Positions 50,874 through 64,000 of a stretch of 64,000 nucleotides of DNA are shown piece after piece. The number at the start of each line of letters is the position of its first letter. Within the stretch, counting starts at the first letter, position 1. Origin of the DNA: Trichoplax adhaerens. Lineage: Eukaryota; Animalia; Placozoa. The stretch covers positions 1,028,731 to 1,092,730 of the forward strand of contig NW_002060943.1 of the NCBI RefSeq assembly GCF_000150275.1. Direction: 5' to 3'. Below the pieces are notes generated by a model that worked only from the letters and a program-made list of their open reading frames with translations, was not told the origin of the DNA and searched no databases. The position numbers and the translations under genes are program-made.

Positions 50874-53800
50874 ATGGCTGGAAATTGTCATTATTCGCTT
50901 TGCATTTCAATCTTGGTTTTTGTTACCCTTGGTAAGTTGGATATGAAATATTAAAAACCAAATCGTTATCCATAATAAGTGATGTCGTGATTCTTTTCCA
51001 ATCTAATGCCACCATTTATTCGACGTTGTTCCATTAGCAGAGACTGCTATTAACTTTTTTTAATTTGATTATGATAAATTGACCACAGTTGAGTCTAATT
51101 AAAGTCAATAGGTGAAGAAGAAATGATTCAATCCTGTTATACCATTGGAATTGAATCTTTTTCACCAGGCATCAGCATTCATTTTGCTAAAATAGACGAA
51201 ATCAAAAACTCCTAAAATGAAATCCATTTCAACCATGTGATGACATTGCCCGTATGATATAATCAATCGATTGAAAGCAGGCATAGATCCAAAGAGTTTA
51301 GCGCTTGAACATTTTTAAACTATTTATGAGGCAAATGATCCTTTCTTTTGACAACTTTTCCCATTTTATCCTCTTGCACGATATTAATTCTATGTCAAAT
51401 TGTTTGCTTAATACAATAATAATGAAAGAATAATTTCAATTTCCTCTATGCTGCTTTCTATCGCCATGACGAAAATTGTAGAATTTTCATCGTTTCCGTT
51501 ACATTCACTATTGATTGCCCCTTCCATTTTTGTTTTTACTGGAGTCATTTTTATTCTGGTTTAATGATGAACTCTGTCAAACTGTCAAGGCCATCCCTTA
51601 CAGGGGGGGGGGGGAAGATTGAACATGAAGGTTTAAAATGAGTATCTAATGGACTTTCTCTACCTCCACAACGTTTTGCTCAAATCTATTAGGATAGAAT
51701 GGAATAAACTGGAGGAAGGTTTAAAATGAGTATCTAATGGACTTTCTCTACCTCCACAATGCTTTACTTTGATCCATTGGGGTAGAATGGAATAAAATGG
51801 AGTACAATTTCATCTTGTTAGGCAAAACCTCTCAAGCTCAAAATGATCCTAATTCAAAATGTATCTCTCTATCCCCAATCTCCTATTTTAATCCATTCTG
51901 AGTAATAAATTACGTTTCTATAGTCGAACAACTCATCATTTTGGTTAGAACTTGTTTATTTCAAAGTCATCTTGTAATAGACCATTTTCTTGCTTCAATC
52001 TTTCAAGTTAATCCACTTTATAAAGGAAATTGAACAGGCATACGAATATGTTTCAAAATGGCATAGATCGAAACAGTTTAGTCTAAAACTATCCTTGTCT
52101 TCTCCTTCTTCCAATTCTCTAACCTACTCTACTTTGCGGAGTCCTTGAAACTGGCATACTGATGGAATCAGATGGTTCAATTAGGAGTATCTCTAACTTA
52201 GACAACCATGGATATCTGGCCTATTTCACTTTTTAAGCCTAAATTTATCATGGATTACCCTTTTGCCGTTTCTAATTTTCTAACCGAAGGCAATTGACGG
52301 AGTTGATTGAACTAGTAGACGGATCATAATTATAGGTACAAATTGAGAGTATTCTTGCTTTAGACGATCCTTGGTTGGCCTATTCCACTTTTAATCCTTT
52401 AACCTAGTTCATTTTAACCGGTAAACTGAAGTCTTATTGCAATGAAATCATCTAGACTGAAGTTTATTTAGTTTCTATGTCTCTAATACTCCTGGATAAT
52501 CGATTTTATAAAGTAAGCCCAAGTAGTAATAACAAGATCGCCAAGGCCGGAACTTGTTTGTTATTGGTTCGATAGGATTATCTATTCGATCCGTTTTGTC
52601 ACTAATCTCCTATCTTAATCCATTCCACATAGTAAATTGAACTTGATAGGTAATAAGATCGCCCTGGCAAGAACGAGCGGAACTGCTAGCCTTTTAAATC
52701 ATTACTGTATACTCAGAGCTCTTCTGCAATCAATCCCTAAGCTAATGTATTCCGTAGAGTAAGGATGACATGGCATGCAACGATCTTGACTCAACTTTAT
52801 TTAATTGAAATGATCCTAAAATAAATCAAAACTATCTTCCATCCCTTATCCTAAACTATTTGCTTGAGCTCATTCAACTGCATAGCATAGAGTAAAGTCT
52901 TCAAGATAAAATAAGCTTGTACATCCGCAGAATTGATGACGAATTTATTCTCTTTGCGTTCTTTCAGAATTATGCCATTTCTCCCTTCTTTCACCGTCTA
53001 TTTCCATTAATTAAAATGGCGTCTAGTAGGATGGTAGCAGTTCGTTCTATACTAAGCTAGATAGCTTAAAAGTATCACAAATTTAATCTGTTTTACCTTC
53101 CATTGCCTACTCTAGTCTATTTTGTTCAATTAACTGATCTGATAAAAAGTAAATCCCCTACATAAACCCGCTGTAGACTTACACTCTTTCAATTCATTCC
53201 TATCCATCCAAGACCAGCTGAAATTACAAACCCAATTCTTGATAAGTCAAATTTAGCCATCATTCTGGCTTCCAAATTATAACTTGGATCAAAATTGCTC
53301 GCTTTTAAAGCTATCCAACCCAATACAAAAATTGATTGGAAATAAATCATTAAGTTGAATCATTTTAAAGCAGACATATTGTTATTCCTTCTTTACATCT
53401 TTGACTTGCTAATGGCGAGAGAAAAATTGATCCTTCCCTATCGAAACGCTACATTCATTTTGGATTGTATGCTCTATTTTAACATCTAGAACTTTCGGAA
53501 TAGTTGAAATGATAGACAGATCAATCTATGTCTTCCTAATGTAGAATAAGACAGGTAAAATTTCGGACATGAATACAGATTGCACCTGTACCCAATTTGT
53601 AGACATGAGTGAAGAAAGGGAATGTGTTGATTATAGTTGCTGGGCAAATATAGAGATCAATCTAGTGATATGGGTTAAACTGTGAGCTATCCATTTATAT
53701 CCAATCTAGAGATTGAAATAAGAGACAGAGTAATATCCTCTTTTACAAAGAAGAGCAACTTTGAAAAGAACAACTGAAAAAAAAATACAGCCTAATCATT

Positions 53801-56800
53801 TCTAAATAGGTGCATGGATCTAATATTCTACAAGCTCAAATGGCGGAGATTTACCGTTTATTGACACTTCGGGCAGAGGATATCAAACACATACTCTATC
53901 GTAGTGATGGAATAGATGTTCAGAAGAATAATTAAAACGGAAAGAAAAGTATAAAAAAAGGATTTTGACTGATTAAACAAATATGACTCATAGATATCAA
54001 GATGAACGATAACATAAATTAACGTCCAATGGACTCGGTTTCAATTCGATCATCTAATCCAGCAATATGGTGGTGTAGTGACATTGCAAGATGTAGAATA
54101 AGATTTATTGACACATCAGGTTGCCATGATGCTAGTTTATTTGTAAACAGTTGCTCTTAGAATAACATTTAGCGTCCTACAAGCTTTTTACCGTTAATAG
54201 AAGGAGGCGATATTAGAAATAGATCACAGAAAGATAGTTAATGTTGCAATTATATTGCACCATGGTAATCAGCCATTTGATATATTACACTTTTTCCCCC
54301 TTTATTACTTTCAAAGTACTCCATAAAATCAATGCAGTTTACTGTATTATGATGGCAAGAGAATCGATTTGGATTTCAATACCTCTTAATTTGAATTTAA
54401 TTTCATTATATATTGTTTATAGCCAGGCAGCTGTGACTAAGCTCCTGATGTTTGCAGTTCTTTGATCGCAACTTAATCCTTGATTTTGACCTAATTAGAG
54501 GATATATATCCTCGGTCAGGGTATTGATTAATTGGCACTAAGCCATTTCTTCTCGACAAACTTGCTAACTCTAAATCAACTGTCTCTTGTTTATATTTCT
54601 TTCCAATATTTTTCAAATCGATTGAAAATAGTTTTACAAAGTATCCTTGAAAGATGGCCATGTCAGACATGAAGACCACTTTTTCTTGCTAAAAGCCAAT
54701 ATCTCACGCAACATTTTGCAAAGCATTTTCCTCTTATAAACGTATGGGTATTTTTAGAGTGGATAGTATAATGCATAGAGTATTCTAAAAAGAAAGCCAT
54801 ATCAGAAATGGACATTACTTTTTATGGCTTAAAGCCTTTACCTAAGATATCATTTTGCGATGCACTTTCCTCGTACACACATACCAATACTTCCGGATTG
54901 GATAGTATAGTGCATAGAGTATTCCTGAAAGAGAGCCATGTCAGAAATCAACATTGCTTTTTATTGCTTAAAGCTAATAGTTTGTATACCATTTTGATAT
55001 ATAATTCCCTCTACTATGCATACGAAATATTTCCACATCGGGTGAGGTAGTGCATGGCGTATTTTTGAAAGATAGCCATCTTGGAAATGAAGATTACCTT
55101 CTATCGCTTTAAGCCAATATCTCCTGTATCATTTTGCTACGCAATTTTTCTCTTATAATTATACGAGTACCTCTAATTAATGGATCTGATAGGATGAGAA
55201 AAGACTTACGATATCCTATTCGATGATGATAGAAAAATGACTACCTACGTTAATTTAATCAATACTCAATATCAAGATAGATTTTAATATGTTCTCATAG
55301 CAGTATTCTATTCCTTGACTTGTCGATATTGAGAGTAGAGGGAAGAACGATACAGGCCTGCAATGAGACCTTATACAATAACGATAAAAGAGAAAATCAA
55401 CATTACTTTTATTATTGAAATCCGTTAATCATAGCAGACTTTTATTCGTTTGAAAGCAGCCATTTCCCCTCATACTCGACAATTTAATATCGTATTCTAT
55501 ATATATTATGGCAGCCTTTGATCTTTTTATTGCCCAATATCTTGCCTAAAACTCGAATAGTTCAATAATTAAGATAGTAAAAAGGAGCTTTACCACCTAC
55601 AACTTGCAATCCATAATTATCAAAACAATCAAGATAATAGTTGATTAAAATCATCATCCATCATGCTAGAAATGGAATCGTTTAATAACGCTTTTACGTA
55701 GTCTACTCTAACATATTAGTATTATTAACCTATCGAAGTAAGTACAAAAGCTTTACAATATATTCTCCAAATAGTACTTTTAAAAGGAAATATAGAAAAA
55801 TTTTCTTGACAGAAGAAAGAGGAAATGTCATGATGGCTTTTATCGCCTGTCTTTGACCAGAAGGTAAACAGTTTTAAACAAGGCCGATTCCTTCATAAAT
55901 TGATATAGAACAATGTATACTGTTCGTAATTGCTGATAAACTAAATGATCCTAACTTTTTTTTCACTGCAAGGCACCTTTATTGCTACAGTACCTTATAA
56001 ATTGCTGTATACTATGACAGGATTATTTTTATTACTAGTACTTTAGCTAAAAGCTATTTATAAATAAATAGCAGATACCAATAACATCTCATCTCATAGT
56101 TATTTGAGCGATTATTGATAGATCAATATTTAGTAAAAAAATAACTATAGAGAAAAATATCGCGATCGAGATAGTATTACTTTCATTACTGCTACTTTAA
56201 CTAAAAGAACTATATATAAATGAATAGCTTTATCCGATCTCATCTTACAGTTATATGCGCTCTTAAACTATATTATGAAGAAACGTATAGACAGCGAGGC
56301 AGAGTTACTTTTATTGCCAATACTATAGCTAAAATTATTTGTAACTAAGTAACAGATACCAATAACTTTATCCTACCTCATCTTATAGTTATTTGTGCGA
56401 TTATTGATAAATCAATCTTTAGTAAAAATAAACTATAGAGAAAAGCATCACGATCGAGACAGAATTACTTTAGGTACTAGCACTTTAGCTAAAGAACGAC
56501 TTATAAACGAATAACTTTATCCCGTCTCATCTTATACTTATTGGCTCTATAACAACGGATAGATTAATTTTATAGCGTTCGGTAATAATAAACTACGTGT
56601 ATATAGAAAATCATAGAGAGCGAGACAGGATTACTTTTATTACCAATACTTTAGCTAAAAGCTATTTATAAATGAATAACTTGATCTTGTCACATCTTAT
56701 ACCGGTAGCTATTTGCGCCATGATTAATAGATCAATTTTATAATGTTTAGTAAAATAAACTTTGGAGAAAGCATCAACATCGAGACAGGAATTCTTTTAT

Positions 56801-59800
56801 TATTATTACATTAGCTAAAAACTAAATACAAGAGAATAACTTTATCCTATCTCATCTCATAGTTATTTGCCTCATTATTGATGGATCAATTTTATATAGT
56901 TTGGTAAAATAACGATCGAAATCTAAGTAATAATATATCTAAATAAAGATTAAAGATTGCTCAAAGAAATAATATTTACTGATGGAATTAGTAGTACAAA
57001 AGAAAAATTTTGAACCGCATATTTACTCAAATAATTAAAAAAAATTATTTTTGGACTATATTACTGACAATTGACTATAAATCCTTATGAAAAAAGCACG
57101 TTTTAAATCACTTTTAATTCGATCAGCAATTCTTAGCGAAAGCCAATGTTCACATTTGCTAGTGAAACTCTTATTACTATGAAGAGTAAGAGTGTGGTTT
57201 TATTTTTTCCATGAACAAAGTCAAAAGTATTTCGATTATAGAGTGTTATTCTATTCAAGCTATTGTGACGAAATTTTCATCAATTTAAAGCATACATTTA
57301 AGAATTATTCCTATAGCTAATATGAGAAGGCATTTGCATGCCATACAAGAAAGGCTTCCAATGCAATTTATTCGCTCAACTAAAGCCAAAAGTCTTTTCA
57401 TGATGAATTTAGAATTCAGTTTAATTTCTATAAAAAAAATACTTTACGCTTTCGATATTGCAAATAGAACACAATACTTCAACAATATTTCGATTTGATT
57501 CTTTTTTCACCTCTTCTGGGAAAAATATATGAACAACAATTGACAACATTGCTTTACCTTTTAGATTTTAATTTGAGGATTCAAATAAAAGAAAGTGATC
57601 ACAATGCTACTTATGATTGATTATATATATATATAAAAACAGCTGATTGGAATGACAAAATGAATAATATTGGCCAAGATCATATCTATAAGGGCTTTAT
57701 AATGTCATTTATAGCTATAGCGTCTTTCATTTTACCATCACTAATTATTATCGATTTTATAAAACTGGACGGAAATTTAGCCACATACGAGTAGAATGTT
57801 GACTATATTTCCTTAATTATAGGGCCATAAATTAGCTCGTAATAAATTTTATACAATAAATGTCAACTGAAGCTTCTTCTTTCCTTGGATATTTCCATAC
57901 CGTTACTACAGTATTCCTGTTATGATTCATAAATACAAAAATTACCTCATTACTTTCATATCGTTTATCAGCGCTTTATATTAGGTACTTCCAGCTTATT
58001 TTGATATTGAAATCTCTAATTTATTATCGCAAGGATCACTAAACAGGACATCTAAGTTGACTAACGTTATCTAACTAGGAAATTAGGGCAGTATATTGAT
58101 CTAGAACAGACAAACTATCTGTATTACAGGATTCCGATTTTATCCCATACCTAGATAGAATTGAATTTCAATCTTGAATTATGCTACACTGTATGAACAA
58201 ACGAATACTAGCAGTACAATGATCTAGGGTAGATAAATCATCTATGGTTGCAAGAGTATAATCTTATTCCACGCCTAAGCGGAATATAATTTCTATCTCA
58301 ACTCATATTATAAGAACAAGGAATAGCTCGATTTAATTCCAAGCCTGGGTAGAATTGAATTTATCCCTTGATTTATATTTTGTATGAAAAAGGAAATAGC
58401 AGCAGCATACTGATCTAGGACAAACAAATCGTCTATATTACAGGAATATGATTTTTATTCCATACCTGGGTTGAATCGAATTTCTACCTTGACTAATATT
58501 ATATAAGTGATAAAATGATGGAAGTAGATTGATCAAGGACAGATAAACTACCTGTAATCATAGATAAAGTCGAATTTCTACCTTAATAAATATTATACGT
58601 ACAAGGAAACAATCGCTGTATTTAAATCAAGAACACGCAAAATATATATGCATTATGGGGCTGAAATCTTATTCTAAGTCTAGATAGAATCTAATTTTTG
58701 TCGTGACAAACATCTTTTTAACGTATTTGATGTACGGTAGTTGAGTTAATCTTGATAATATTATCGTCATTAGATTTGTAATGAATATTGTATATAAGAG
58801 TATAAAATGTCAGAAATAGATTATAATTAAGCATTATTCACTCTATTCTTTAATAGCTATCCAATGCTGGCTAGTTCCTGTTCATGGCCTAACTAAAATA
58901 TCCAAAAGAGCTACGGATAAGGTAGCTTTTGTTGAAGCTCCTGTTAATACAAGCACTACTCTAACTTGCCACCCTCGTACAATTGAGCCTCCATATTTAA
59001 TATCATGGAGAAAAGAAAACAGTATCAATGCTGAATTTTATATCATCGTCAACTCCAATAATAATGCTAATTCACCATATGTAGCAATCGACTATCAAGG
59101 CAGAGTTATTCTAGCAGACTATGCTTCATTAACTATTAAACGGTTAAAGCGAGAAGATACAGGTCTATGGGAATGTTTAACTGCTCCTATTCGCAACGGT
59201 GTAGCCATTAATTCGCAGCAAGTCATTATCCGTGTTCAACTTCAAGTTGACGGTAAGTTACTGAATTAATATTTATTTACCAGCGATTTATCTACTGTTT
59301 ACTGCAACGCATCTTAATCAGTCATTTCTTTCGATACAAAATGTTAAATTTAACAGTTTAACGTATTGTTATTGGATATAAAATGGCAGGGATTTAATTA
59401 TAAATATACCGAAACGTTCTTGCATGCACCTTCCAAGTGATATTGATTTCACTAATTGCAGTAGTCGTAAGTTTTGGAATGATCGATTCTTAAGGACCAG
59501 CGTCAAATATGGCGATTTCTTGATAGTAACCAACTCCTCTTATCGGATGGAATCCCTACATGACTATATGTTATAACACTTTTGAACTACTGGCTGTCAA
59601 GCAGAAAAACAAAATTTTGCTAGTGCAATTGATTGTAGTTCATAGTTATCCATATAGCATCTAGTTAGGATAGTCTGCGAACAGATATCTTATTCATTTT
59701 TACTTTGCTATATCCATAGACCCTTTTCATAGGTGTTGCATTAGATCTCATATGTACTTTTGACAGCATCACAAGTTTTTAAAACTATACAAATATCATT

Positions 59801-62800
59801 GATCATTAAAGGCTTCAAACCATTTAAAACATAAGATGAACTGCACGCAGAATTGTTTTATAGTCCATAGCCATTCGTATAGCTTCACAACCTAATCGGT
59901 GAACTAATGTAAAATAATATTTTTGTTCCATAACATAGTACCTCCAACGGTATCTGTCGGTCAAGCAATTATTTATAGTAGTCTATCTACGACCATAACT
60001 TTAAAATGTTTTATTGATGGCGTACCTGATCCAAACACTGCTTGGTGGAAGAAGAATGATCAGTTGCCTTCTGGACGCTATAGCATCGATTCTGGACAGA
60101 TGCAAGTTTTCAATTTAATTCAACAAGATTATGGAATCTATGTCTGTTCTGCAAATAATTTACTAGGAACTGCATCAGGAGAAATACTGGTATTGCCACC
60201 AGGTAAACTCAATTTAAAATACATAATAAATACTAGTGCGCAGACCTATGATAATTCTAATAATGAAATACCCTTTTAGCCGAAATAAAATTTAAAAACT
60301 TGATTGTAATAAACTGGTTCATTTGATATATGCTATCAATATAATATTCAGTTTGAGTTTCCTAATAACCATAGTGAAGGAATAATTATAGTGAATGCTA
60401 TAAATATTCAGAGAGTAGGCTACTTAGTTTTAATTGACTCTGAATTGCTATTATTTATCAAGGTAATCATACAGTGGTAGAAAATCACTTTACAGCGGTA
60501 GAAGGCGGCTGGGTTACTATAAATTGCCCGATTAGTGTCCAAAAAATAACCGAAAATATAATTTGGACATTTCAACAGTCTAATTTCGATATAACAACTT
60601 TTAATCGCTTCGAAAAATTAACAAATGGCAGCTTATTGATCAAAGGAATATTGCAGAAAGATTCTGGAATGTTTAGCTGCAGTATTCGCCTGTCAGATAC
60701 TTTTCAGACTCGATTTCTGCCTCAAGTGAAAGCTACAGTTAACGTGATGTGTAAGTTATTGATGTATTTAGCTAACCATAAGCTCTTTGGTGATCTAAAA
60801 TACCAAAGTTGATTTGTAACGAAAACTAAATATAAAAGTAAACACGCATCTACGATATAAAAATCAATAATGAATTGATATACGATAGAGAAACGTCTTG
60901 ATGATTTTTTGCTATGAGACTTAATGATGTGTTGGTAATATGCGATTGCTACAAATTAATAAAATATCAAAGATGTCTATGGTAAAGTTTACATCTGTGA
61001 TGAAAAGCTTTGGCTTCAAATCTTATTAGTGACCAAATCAATACAAGAATCCATAATCAAGATATAGAATAAATTCAGAATTAACTTTCAAGTTCAGAAT
61101 CAAGATTTAATAAGCGTATTATTATCGTACTCAAACCTTCTGTTTCTTATTTTTTAGTCCCACCTAGAATTATCAATGCTCCTTCAACTGTATTAGCTTC
61201 CATTGGATATAGCAAAATCTTACCCTGTCAAGTGGAAGCTAATCCAAATATTACTTCATTAAAGTGGTCTCAAAATGGTGTTGAAATATCATCTTCTTCA
61301 AGATATACACTTCTTGCCAATGGAAATTTAAGAATTGATGCGGTACAACCTCAAGACGCTAATAGCTTTAGTTGTAAAGCAGAAAATGCTATTGATGTAA
61401 CAACACATACTATGCGATTACGTCTAGTTGGTAAGTTCTAATCGTCATCTATGTTATCGACTTCTACAAATTAGTTATTTCTATCTAAGGCCATTAAACT
61501 CTATCTAAAAGATCTGTCACAATGTTATTCTTCTAAAAGCCATATTTCCTATATCATCTAACCTACTAGATCCACCACAGTTTTTACAAGTACCTCCACC
61601 ATCTATTCGAAGCGATCTTGGAAAAAGAGTTATTCTGAGATGTACAGTTAAAAGTCAAAGTGCAGTAGTTATCAATTGGAAAAAGGCTAGCCTTGGCATT
61701 GTTAGCAATAGCAACAGAACTATCGTTGTTGATGGTATCCTGACCATCTTCACTGTTGATCAACGTGATAGTGGCAGCTATACTTGCACTGCTAACAATG
61801 GTGCTGTTACTATTACTACCTCAACCCAGCTAGAAATATTATGTAAGTCCTAAAATTAATAATTACTACCTAAGGGGCGAAACAACTCCAATGCCTTATA
61901 GTTGCCATTGCATTTATGATCACTCCAAGTAGAATTAACAATTGTTACTACTGTATATCTTGTATGTGCCACTGCCCTATATCTAAGCAATAGCAATCTG
62001 GATATTACAATATCTTTCTGATCGATATCGAATGTGCAGAATTATTATTTTCGATATCAAAAATATGACTGCTGGAAATTAGCTTCATACCAGTCAACGA
62101 GCGGATTAAAAAATGTTCTTATACTTACATACAGTATAACATACTATGAAGTTTTGGCTACTTTAGAATTCGGTATCTGTTGCTTATGAGCATGTATTAT
62201 CTCGCCATGATCCAGTTGTGGTTAAGATTAAAATACGTTCTCAAGCGCATATTTGCATACAGCATAATATACCATGAAGTTCTGGCTACTTTAAAATTAA
62301 TCTAGTACCTGCTGCTTATATAATGTACATGTATCATCTCGCAATGATCTTGTCATGGTGGAGGTTATAATATATTCTTACGTGTATACTAACATGCAGT
62401 ATAATATACAATGAAGTTCTATCTATATTAGAATTAACCCAGTACCTACTACCTGCAACACTGCTTATGAATGTAACGTCTCGCAATGATCTTGGAACGA
62501 TGGAGATTAATATATGTTCTCAGGCGAATACTTACATGTAGCATAATTTACTATGAAGTTTTAGCTACATTAGAATTTAATCCAGTACCTACAGCTTGTG
62601 AATTTATCATCTCGCAATGATCTTGTCATTCATTACAGAAATATAATAAACGCTAAATTCAGCTGATTGATTATCGCTTTAGTATTGGTTTTTAGGATGT
62701 GACCTTTAACTGAATAATCTACGCGTAATTTTATTCTCTTGCAGCTACTTTACGGCAAAATTGATACAGTAGACATAAAATATTGTTGAAAATATTAGCA

Positions 62801-63738
62801 TTACCAGATGTTAAAAGCTCATGATTTAGCTTAATCTCACATTCCTGGCTGTATTAACTTTTAGCTCCTCCGTCATCACCAACGAATGTCACCATTGCAA
62901 TGGTTGCTTTTACTTCCTTAACTTTAACGTGGTCGGTAGGACATAATGGTGGATATACACAATTGATCCAGTTGTGGTATAAAAAGGTCGAATGGTTAGA
63001 TAGCAATTGGTTATTGGTTGCCCAATTGAATAGCAGTGTCAATACGTATACATATGATCAATTAACACCTAGCCTGAGGTATCAATTTCGTCTAAGGGGA
63101 CAAAATCGATTAGGTACAAGTCCATGGAGTTCATTAGTATGGACGAAAATGCAGGGATATCTCAATAATACTGGTATGTAAGCGTTAATGGTATCTCCTA
63201 ATAAATTCAATCTAGGACTAGCTTTCAACAGTCGATAGTACTTGATATTAATACTACTAATAATATTCAATTTGATAAAAATGATCTGATACTTAAGTAA
63301 GTATAATTTATAGATGAATATTTTCCCATTTTCATTGTACTCGTATCTATCTTCAGCCATACCCATTCGATTATTTCTATATTTAAACAGAAACGCATAC
63401 AGACCATTCTACTTGCAACTAAACATATTTTTAATTCCTTTTAGATGAGCCCAATCCACCTACAGGAGTCCACGCAGTAAATGGTGCTAACTATATTAGA
63501 GTTATTTGGCAACCAGCTACTTCTCAATCAGTAACTCTATCCCATTACGCTATCCAGATGAGAAGCAATGGGACACTGGAGTGGTATACTGTCAATATTA
63601 CTTCTCACAGCACGGAAACGCAGACTCAATTAACCAATTTAGCGGCCTTTAAAGTTTATACTATCCGAGTTGTAGCTTATGGACAAAACACTGTCCCTAG
63701 TCGACCAAGTGCTAATACCCAGATCTTATATGTTCCAG
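50874..63738 (+). CDS. IGSF9: Turtle/IGSF9(Dasm1)-like cell-adhesion protein, 5 Ig + 2 FN3, 3'-partial (continues beyond window)
   Basis: Exons: 50874-50931 (signal start MAGNCHYSLCISILVFVTL), 58857-59252 (V-type Ig1: PPYLISWRK...DYQGRVILADYASLTIKRLKREDTGLWEC), 59939-60202, 60463-60750 (alternative acceptor 60475), 61158-61430 (CQVEANP), 61570-61842 (DPPQF), 62865-63173 (FN3: WSVGHNGGYTQ...YQFRLRGQNRLGTSPWS), 63445-63738 (FN3). All introns are phase 1. Domain count and motifs match the turtle/IGSF9 family. The first exon is the least certain. Confidence 0.8.
51627..51802. repeat. Tandem duplication, 88-bp period x2, next to a G12 run (51603-51614)
   Basis: gaaggtttaaaatgagtatctaatggactttctctacctccacaa is identical at 51627 and 51715. 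Confidence 0.85.
54640..55170. repeat. Diverged tandem repeat, ~139-bp unit x4 (intronic)
   Basis: gtat..tgaaaga.agccat.tcaga-like anchors at 54640, 54779, 54918 and 55058. Confidence 0.8.
56013..56912. repeat. Diverged tandem repeat, ~130-165-bp unit x6 (intronic)
   Basis: gagacaggattacttt-like anchors at ~56015, 56168, 56296, 56456, 56623 and 56782; shared ctttagctaaa and ctcatct(c/t)atagttattt. Confidence 0.82.
58085..58700. repeat. Diverged tandem repeat, ~120-bp unit x~5 (intronic)
   Basis: tgatctag anchors at ~58097, 58220, 58411 and 58529; recurring ttatt/cccatacct.g.tagaattgaattt. Confidence 0.7.
62110..62630. repeat. Diverged tandem repeat, ~135-bp unit x4 (intronic)
   Basis: atgaagtt anchors at 62146, 62273, 62410 and 62553; shared tctcgcaatgatctt and cagtacct. 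Confidence 0.8.
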
Positions 63739-64000
63739 GTAAATTGATTTATTATAGACATCCAGGTTTTGCGACCAGGAATACAAAATTTATTTCAACT
63801 ACATTTCCATAGCTTGAATAAAGTATTATCATTATTTTTTATCAGTCTTTAATTAATCAGTACTTCATTTAAACAATCTACACTAACTAGATCAAAGCCA
63901 AGTTCCATCATCGGAAAATCACAGTAGAAATCTGGTTCTTGCTTTTCTAGTCGTTGGCTTAACTTTAATTGTTTTGGCCATCATATTCTTTATACATCGA

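Noticed and set aside
51603-51614. G12 run as a functional G-quadruplex element
   Set aside because: An isolated homopolymer with no supporting context.

Overview
This is AT-rich eukaryotic genomic DNA with short GT-AG introns. Gene content and layout suggest a compact, early-branching animal genome (a placozoan such as Trichoplax is my inference; not proven). Five protein-coding genes can be reconstructed by hand. (1) GPN1 GPN-loop GTPase, minus strand, 15 exons. (2) RBM42, plus strand, 4 exons, head-to-head with GPN1 across a palindromic minisatellite that appears to derive from the GPN1 5' end. (3) SC5D sterol C5-desaturase, minus strand, no introns in the CDS. (4) A giant (~7,900 aa) type-I membrane protein on the plus strand. 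It has a signal peptide, ~5,300 aa of GCC2/GCC3 (ephrin-receptor-like) Cys repeats with a ~690-aa super-repeat, an RRLL site, one TM helix, DPxTG repeats, a long coiled coil and a catalytically dead zincin-like HALAH motif. Almost all of it lies on one ~22.8-kb exon, interrupted by two frameshifts, and an RFX X-box-like motif sits upstream. (5) The 5' part of a turtle/IGSF9-like adhesion gene (5 Ig + 2 FN3) that runs off the window. Non-coding DNA is rich in locus-specific, diverged tandem duplications of ~90-220 bp. I recognised no rRNA, tRNA, CRISPR array or transposase.
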